DNA of 64,000 nucleotides from Pseudomonadota bacterium (GTDB lineage Bacteria > Desulfobacterota > Desulfobacteria > Desulfobacterales > RPRI01): assembly GCA_043825875.1 (NCBI GenBank), contig JBDRRF010000018.1, forward strand, positions 1 to 64,000. The letters are read 5' to 3'. This document shows, one piece after another, positions 57,907-64,000 of this stretch. Positions within the stretch are counted from its first letter, which is position 1; every line of letters begins with the position of its first letter. Under the pieces are notes generated by a model. That model saw only the letters and a program-made list of their open reading frames with translations, did no database searches and had not been told where the DNA came from. The translations under genes were made by a program, and so were the position numbers.

Positions 57907-58758
57907 TTATTTACCCTTTACATGCTTTTCCATTTCCTGAAATTCAGGCCTGTAATCATTTGGAATAGAGCGTCTTGCAAATTCTACTGCTATAATAGGA
58001 TTTAGTCCTTTTGCAAAGGCTATCATTCCCGACTTAATTGCATCATAGATTTTAGATTCATCATCGTTGGTCAAATCAATATTTGTGGCAAGCGGCTGAA
58101 TAAAACCATACGAAAGATATATACCAAGAAAGGTTCCTACAAGAGCAACCGCAACCTTATGGCCGATCACTTCGGGTGGGCCATCAATGGCCTGCATTGT
58201 TATAACAATACCCAGCACAGCAGCCACGATTCCAAGGCCCGGCATTGAATCACCGATTTTCTGAAGAATCATACCCGGTTTTGATCCTTCGTGGTGATGA
58301 GTTTCAATATCACAGTCTATAAGAGCTTCCATATCGTGGGCGGCTACCCCTCCAAGCACTACAAGACGAAATGTATCGCATATGAAATGAAGAAGATGGT
58401 GGTTATTTAGAAATTTAGGGTATTGAGTAAAAATAGTGCTTTTTTCAGGATTTTCAATATGTGCCTCCAGAGCAATAAGTCCGTCTTTACGACTTAACTG
58501 AAAAACATCAAACAGGAGCTTTAAAAGATCAAGGTATGTTTGCTTGCTTATTGAAGAGCCTTTCATTGTACCCATTATTCTACCCATTACATCTTTGAGA
58601 AGGCTGGCCGGGGCCGAAATAAAAAGCGCTCCGAGTGCTGCACCACCTATAATCAAAAATTCAACCGGCTGTACAATGACAGCTAAAGTGCCTCCTTCCA
58701 ACACAAAACCACCGAAAACACTTACAATAACCACTACAATACCTATAATTACAAACAT
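57907..58758 (-). CDS. motA: Flagellar stator protein MotA
   Basis: QP.E..IIGG, R..G...LE, PGLGIVAAVLG, ALVGTFLG, AVEFAR. Confidence 0.93.
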   Translation of the reverse strand: MFVIIGIVVVIVSVFGGFVLEGGTLAVIVQPVEFLIIGGAALGALFISAPASLLKDVMGRIMGTMKGSSISKQTYLDLLKLLFDVFQLSRKDGLIALEAHIENPEKSTIFTQYPKFLNNHHLLHFICDTFRLVVLGGVAAHDMEALIDCDIETHHHEGSKPGMILQKIGDSMPGLGIVAAVLGIVITMQAIDGPPEVIGHKVAVALVGTFLGIYLSYGFIQPLATNIDLTNDDESKIYDAIKSGMIAFAKGLNPIIAVEFARRSIPNDYRPEFQEMEKHVKGK

Positions 58759-58871
58759 CTCTTTTCTTTCCTTTCCGATTTAATAAGGAAGTATTTGAAG
58801 TGGATCAGATACATACCCATAAAAATAGTCCAATGTTTTACTTCCGAGGTGCTAATCAGCTGTCTATTTAT

Positions 58872-58898
58872 TTATCGGCACAATATAGTAAAACTTTA
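58872..58898 (-). promoter_or_regulatory. Sigma28 (FliA) promoter
   Basis: Minus strand TAAAGTTT-N11-GCCGATAA, an exact match to the classical FliA consensus, 113 nt upstream of motA. Confidence 0.85.
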
Positions 58899-59138
58899 TA
58901 AAGTCTTTTTAGCTAATATTAATGATTGAGCGGGAGTTTTAAGAAAAGGGTTTGAATTATTTATTAATTATGTGCGTGAATTAAACTTTTGAGGGATTTA
59001 TAAAAATCCATCAACCGGTTAAGGGTTGATAGATCCTGGCCTTGGATAAGGGCGGAACCACTTAGATTTATGTCAAGCTGCAAAACAGTGGAAATTTTTT
59101 ATGGACTCGCTAAAAGTCGATTAAGTCTTAAAAAAGAA

Positions 59139-60953
59139 TTAGAAATTGCATATAGTGCCAAGCCTCTGGTCATACATCTTACCCACTCCATATTCATTTC
59201 GTCTCATAAATTTATCTTCTGAAGGGCCACTGATTTGCATTTCAGGATGTTTTTTGAGGACTTCGCTTGCGATTTTCATCTCTTTTGTACAACCGGTGCT
59301 AAACGTTGCATCTTTACCTACCCATTCGGGAGGAACTTTTCTTCCCAGGATCTGAAAAGTTTCAACTATGTCATCATATGTCTGAAATCTCCATATGTCG
59401 ATCAAGCCGCTTCTTTGGACTATTTCCCACATATACATCAGATCATCGGCATCCATCCCTTCTTCGTAGTATTCTGAAGGATTAATTATAAATGTCATAG
59501 AAAAGCGTTCCCTAAGATGCTGGATGAAAACGGACATAATTTTTTTGGCCATTTTAATCTTTCCGGGGATAGAACCTATTATGCCACTGTAAAATATAAC
59601 AGTCATACCCTTTTTCTTAGATTCAGACATCTGGTTGATAATTGTATTTGCCTTTATTTCTAAACTCTCATAGGAAAATTTAATCACAGAAGGATGTTTT
59701 GGTTTGTAACTTATATTTACCGAATCGTTTTCACCGGATGAAATATTATAAATATCCTGTGTGAATTGGAAATGGGAGTTGAAAAAACGCCTTTTCTGGT
59801 CAGACCCTCTTGAAATAATAAAATCGACTTCTTTGAAAAAACGGGCAAAAGTTGTAGATGTAAGAAGAAGATTTATGTTTTCAAAAATTCCGTCTGATAT
59901 TGCCATGATATCATTATCACTTCTTATAATCCTGATCAGTTCATTTTTGCCAAGATGGCTGTCTTTTATTAAATATGTTCCTTTAAGGTCTTCAGTCATG
60001 GTTTCATCTCCCATGGCATCATAAAAAGTAGCTTTTGTAAAAAGAGGGCCTTCCTTAAACACCAGAATTATTTTATGGCCAAGTTTTGCAAGATATTTGA
60101 CTATTGTAATATCCACAACAGCTTCACCGGCTTCGTCTATAAGCCATAAAATCTTCTTGCGCAACTCATGCCCGCTATTACTGTCGCTTTTGCAAAGAAG
60201 GTCAAAAAGCAGTTCGGCTCCATTTCCTGTAAATTTTCTTTCGAATATTTTCAAAAAATCCTCTTCAGTATATCCGGCCGATTTAGCGGATGTCCAAAGG
60301 GAATTTTCTACACAAAGAGTAAATAGTCTTTTAAGTTCAAGGTAGTCCGCCAGTTTTCTGATATCGGAAATTGTTCCTGGAATATCTTTAAAATATGATG
60401 GGTCTACAATGTTTAAGGCTTTTTTGCAGGATTCTGATTTCAAGGCTTTTCTAGTAGAAACATTCCGAAAGGCTTTGTCACATAAATAAGGGTCTAGTAT
60501 ATTTGAATGATTGATGAATATTCTAAGCAGTCGCTTTTCAAGACGCGACGGGAGCATAATAGTATCTTTTGTTTCATGCATGAACTTAATTTTTATCAAA
60601 GATTTGAGAAAATTATTTTCGTTATCATCTTCTATCTGATCATCCACAACATTAAGTATCCGCTCAAGAACAGCATTATATTTTTCATGCACAAAATCTT
60701 GATCATTACGATTCATTATGCTTTCAAACATTTTATCGGAACATGGATAATACCGCTCGTCTTCTTGAGTATAAACCATAAACCTCACCTGCTCGGGAGT
60801 TGCAACCTGTTCGGGATACGAGTTATAATCAAGGTGATTTTCAATAAAAAAAGCGACATACCAGGCATCTTTCTCAGGATTTTCACCTTCTGTATAGATG
60901 CTCTTTTGTTCCGGTGTAGTTGGTTTTAACGAGTCATTATGAAAAAATTCCAT
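59139..60953 (-). CDS. Protein with ARMT1/DUF89-like domain
   Basis: ILWLIDEAGE.VVD...L...G..I....K.GP resembles the DUF89 D-N-x-G-E..D motif; long extra N- and C-terminal regions. Confidence 0.55.
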   Translation of the reverse strand: MEFFHNDSLKPTTPEQKSIYTEGENPEKDAWYVAFFIENHLDYNSYPEQVATPEQVRFMVYTQEDERYYPCSDKMFESIMNRNDQDFVHEKYNAVLERILNVVDDQIEDDNENNFLKSLIKIKFMHETKDTIMLPSRLEKRLLRIFINHSNILDPYLCDKAFRNVSTRKALKSESCKKALNIVDPSYFKDIPGTISDIRKLADYLELKRLFTLCVENSLWTSAKSAGYTEEDFLKIFERKFTGNGAELLFDLLCKSDSNSGHELRKKILWLIDEAGEAVVDITIVKYLAKLGHKIILVFKEGPLFTKATFYDAMGDETMTEDLKGTYLIKDSHLGKNELIRIIRSDNDIMAISDGIFENINLLLTSTTFARFFKEVDFIISRGSDQKRRFFNSHFQFTQDIYNISSGENDSVNISYKPKHPSVIKFSYESLEIKANTIINQMSESKKKGMTVIFYSGIIGSIPGKIKMAKKIMSVFIQHLRERFSMTFIINPSEYYEEGMDADDLMYMWEIVQRSGLIDIWRFQTYDDIVETFQILGRKVPPEWVGKDATFSTGCTKEMKIASEVLKKHPEMQISGPSEDKFMRRNEYGVGKMYDQRLGTICNF

Positions 60954-61137
60954 TAAAGTTCTCCTGTGTTAAATGGAAAATAAAAATTGAGCAGTATTGG
61001 GAAAAGAAGCGGATGGAAGAAAATAGAAGTATATAGTATTTTGCAAAAAAATATTACTATTGATACGAAGTTTATAAACTCTCGCATTAAAATTATTTGA
61101 AACAATAAAATCAATGACAATATTCACAAAATATAAG

Positions 61138-61854
61138 CTATTTTAACAAGAATCTCATCTTTGCAGAACCGATTTCTATAACATCAAAATCCTTAAGTTT
61201 AACAGATTCACTTACAGCAGTTCCGTTGACTTTTGGTTTTGACCCGCTTTCATGACTTAAAAAATAGCCGCTTGGTCTTTTGCTTATAGTGGTTGAAACC
61301 TGGCCTACCATAAATCCGCCTATTACTATGTCATTTGTTGATGCTTTACCAATTTTGAAAAGTTTTTTTGATAGCTCTATTTCTCCTGTTCCCCCTGATA
61401 TAAATGATAGCATGCCGGCAGGTTCAGTTATCTGAGTTTTAGCTGCCTGGAGTGAAGCGGCATTAGGAGTACTCTTGGCAAGCATAGATTTGTATGCATC
61501 AGTATCCATAACCATAGTCTGATCCAAATCTTCCGGAGCGGTGGCTTCGGGTTTGGTTTCAGTATCTTTGTATTGAAAAACAAGACTATGCTTGCCTATT
61601 GTAATGCTATCTCCATGTTGAAGCCAGTGTGAACTTACATACTGTTCGTTAACAAAGGAGCCGTTTTTGCTTTGAAGATCGGTTAACAAAAAACCTTCAC
61701 CAACCGAATCTATCTTGGCATGGTGACCGGATACGGCAAGATTGTCGATAACAATATTGTTATCTTCCCGCCTTCCGATATTAATCGATTTCTCTTTTTC
61801 AAGAACGTATTCGGAAATAACATTATCTTTGAATTTAAGTGTTAGTGTCGGCAT
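61138..61854 (-). CDS. Tandem FHA-domain protein
   Basis: IGR..DN.I......VSG.HA, DL.S.NG.FVN; degenerate second FHA. Confidence 0.88.
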   Translation of the reverse strand: MPTLTLKFKDNVISEYVLEKEKSINIGRREDNNIVIDNLAVSGHHAKIDSVGEGFLLTDLQSKNGSFVNEQYVSSHWLQHGDSITIGKHSLVFQYKDTETKPEATAPEDLDQTMVMDTDAYKSMLAKSTPNAASLQAAKTQITEPAGMLSFISGGTGEIELSKKLFKIGKASTNDIVIGGFMVGQVSTTISKRPSGYFLSHESGSKPKVNGTAVSESVKLKDFDVIEIGSAKMRFLLK

Positions 61855-61893
61855 TGCAATACCTCATTTATAAAGGTTAGTAAAAATAAAAAA

Positions 61894-62715
61894 CTATTTA
61901 AAAAAGTTTTTTAGCTTTGATATCAATCCTTTCATCAGGCCGTTTCGATTTTTTTTATCCTTAACCTTTAAGACAATAACAGTTATGTTATCATTGCCTC
62001 CGCGTTCATTTGCAAGATCAACGAGCAAACTGCATGCCTTCTGAGGCTGTTCTTGTCTTACTGTTTCAAGTATCTCTTCAGGCGTAACATTGTCTGATAG
62101 TCCGTCTGAACTTAATACTAATACGTCTCCCTGGAAGTAGGGAGTTTCGCATATATCAGGCTCTATCGTTTCTTTGATTCCGACAGCCTGAGTTAGCATG
62201 TGCTTGAAATGGTGCTCAAGCATTTTGGCCCTTTGCGGATCAATAGCCATCTGTTCAGCTAAAACAGTATGCGGTACGGATAAAAGTTCTATACAGCCAT
62301 TATGGATAAGATAAATCGGGCTATCGCCCACATTGGTTGCAATCAAATTATTTTCAGTAAAAAGAACAGCTGAAACAGTTGATCCCATTTCTTCATATGC
62401 TTCATTGCTTTTAGATAAACTATAAACTCCTTTATTGGCAAGATGAATGCTTGAAATAAGCCGGTTAGCTTCTTTTGAAAGAGAAATATCCGAATCTTCA
62501 AGCTCCTCGACACCAACAGTATTATCTTCAAAACGTTTCATATAATCACGGATAGTATCTACAGCAATAGAGCTGGCTACTTCTCCGGCATTGTGTCCGC
62601 CCATACCATCAGCAACTACAAAAAGGTTCATGGAATTGTCGATATATAGGGCATCTTCATTCTTTTTTCTTTTTCTTCCGACATCACTAATGCCTGCTGA
62701 TTCAACAACTACCAT
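61894..62715 (-). CDS. PP2C-type Ser/Thr phosphatase (Stp1/PppA-like)
   Basis: NED, VADGMGGH..GE.AS, NVGDS, SDGL, GG.DN.T. Confidence 0.92.
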   Translation of the reverse strand: MVVVESAGISDVGRKRKKNEDALYIDNSMNLFVVADGMGGHNAGEVASSIAVDTIRDYMKRFEDNTVGVEELEDSDISLSKEANRLISSIHLANKGVYSLSKSNEAYEEMGSTVSAVLFTENNLIATNVGDSPIYLIHNGCIELLSVPHTVLAEQMAIDPQRAKMLEHHFKHMLTQAVGIKETIEPDICETPYFQGDVLVLSSDGLSDNVTPEEILETVRQEQPQKACSLLVDLANERGGNDNITVIVLKVKDKKNRNGLMKGLISKLKNFFK

Positions 62716-62925
62716 GTATGCTATGTTCCTATATGTACTAATACAAAAGATAATGTGGAATTGATCTTTAAATTAATAATAATCCAACTTTTTCCTTATA
62801 TAATAAAAAGTTGTTGAGGTCAAGCAAGATAAATATATAAAATATAATTTCTTTTAAGATTAATTATCAAGTTATAAAGTGTTATTCACACCCTGCCATG
62901 CATATTATATCAGATGAATACGCAA

Positions 62926-64000
62926 TCAAACATTACTTTTCGGTTTCATCCTGGCGATAACCTCATCAATTCTTTTGCCGATTACTCTAAGATCTGATGC
63001 CATCATAGATACCCTTTGATAACGTTTTTCCCGTTCTTTTTCCAAAGCTTTGTCGATGACTGTTACAAGAGGTTTTATTATCTTTGGGTTGATCTGTTTC
63101 GGGTCGGGATGTCTTACATTCATTATTTGATTCATCAATGCAGCAGGGCTTTCTCCGGCAAAAGGGACTTGACCGGTTGAAAGCTGGAACAGCATTGTTC
63201 CTAAAGAGAATATATCAGATCTTCCATCAACCTTTTCTCCTGAAAACTGTTCAGGCGACATGTAATACGGCGTGCCTTTGATAACACCGGTTTGAGTTTG
63301 TGATGTAGCAGTTATTCTCGCAATACCAAAATCAGTTATTTTAACTATCCCGCTTTTTAAAAGCATTATGTTTGCCGGCTTTATATCGCGGTGAATAATT
63401 CCTTTTTGGTGGGCATAATCAAGTGCTTCAGCAATGGTTGCAACATAATCAATAATCTTGGGGATAGGAAGCAGATTTTCTTTTACGGTATATTTTTCCA
63501 GGTCTTCACCTTCAAGATATTCCATAGCTATGTATGCGAGGTTCTGATCATCTCCGGCATCGTAAATAGTTACAATATTCGGATGTGAAAGAGTTCCGGC
63601 GCTTTCGGCTTCCCTGAAAAACTTTTCTTTCATTGTTTGAATTTCTTCAAGCGTATGGTCTTCTTCACTGAACTGGAAAGTTTTTATTGCCGTTGTCCGG
63701 TTTATCTTGGGGTCAAGACCCAGATAGACAATGCCCATTGCTCCTTTTCCGAGTTGTTTTTGTATTTCGTATCTGCCCAGTGTGGGTTTTGTTCCTGTGG
63801 CTGTTGAAAGAAAACCGTCTGAAGAAGGGGATACACCGAACTTACCGTCCCCGAATACCATCGTATTACTGGCTTTGATTAGTTTCTTTTTTCTTTCGGT
63901 AACATCTTTAAATTTTTTGTCATGTTCTTCCACATATTCATATACTGCGGCAGCTTTGTTGAATTGTCTTTTTCTTTCATAATCAAGTGCAAGATTGTAT
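62926..64000 (-). CDS. Hanks-type Ser/Thr protein kinase (5' part outside window)
   Basis: LGKGAMG.V, HRDIKPAN, DFGIAR, GTPYYMSPE; frame stays open to the window edge (YNLALDYERKRQFNKA, TPR-like). Confidence 0.93.
   Translation of the reverse strand, partial: YNLALDYERKRQFNKAAAVYEYVEEHDKKFKDVTERKKKLIKASNTMVFGDGKFGVSPSSDGFLSTATGTKPTLGRYEIQKQLGKGAMGIVYLGLDPKINRTTAIKTFQFSEEDHTLEEIQTMKEKFFREAESAGTLSHPNIVTIYDAGDDQNLAYIAMEYLEGEDLEKYTVKENLLPIPKIIDYVATIAEALDYAHQKGIIHRDIKPANIMLLKSGIVKITDFGIARITATSQTQTGVIKGTPYYMSPEQFSGEKVDGRSDIFSLGTMLFQLSTGQVPFAGESPAALMNQIMNVRHPDPKQINPKIIKPLVTVIDKALEKEREKRYQRVSMMASDLRVIGKRIDEVIARMKPKSNV

Noticed and set aside
57033..58758. motAB as Zorya ZorAB or another defence motor
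   Set aside because: MotA has normal length with no long tail, there is no zorC/D/E, and a sigma28 promoter indicates flagellar regulation
58991..59110. Hairpins upstream of the motA promoter as ncRNA or MITE
   Set aside because: Only short imperfect stems and a single copy; insufficient support

Overview
AT-rich bacterial chromosomal window, most likely Desulfobacterota/Desulfobacterales. This placement is an inference from the gene content (PxxKW protein, AroA'/AroB' pathway, Cys-tailed multi-PAS protein). Housekeeping blocks: glnS, csp, rmuC, queE-queC, an aromatic amino-acid operon using the archaeal-type AroA'/AroB' route, pit/DUF47, tag, a KamA radical-SAM plus purine/MTA/5'-deoxyadenosine salvage cluster, an antiporter-USP pair, motAB, and a Ser/Thr kinase-PP2C-FHA module. 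Main non-obvious signals: (1) integron gene cassettes in two regions (13.7-23.8 kb and 32.8-34.7 kb). Several have mutually complementary R'/R'' cores, a conserved ~60-bp attI-like leader is present in three clear copies plus one partial copy, and there is no integrase in the window. (2) A VIT-vWA PEP-CTERM protein / exosortase K / creBC(D) module with a cre-tag-like 11-bp repeat. (3) A Tyr/Phe-rich leader peptide with tandem terminators before the AroA'/AroB' operon. (4) A large nested RNA structure downstream of csp. (5) Several MITE/palindromic repeat families, one bracketing a dead DUF559 nuclease. No rRNA, tRNA, CRISPR array, transposase or integrase was recognised. All calls come from reading the sequence and recognising motifs; no database searches were run.
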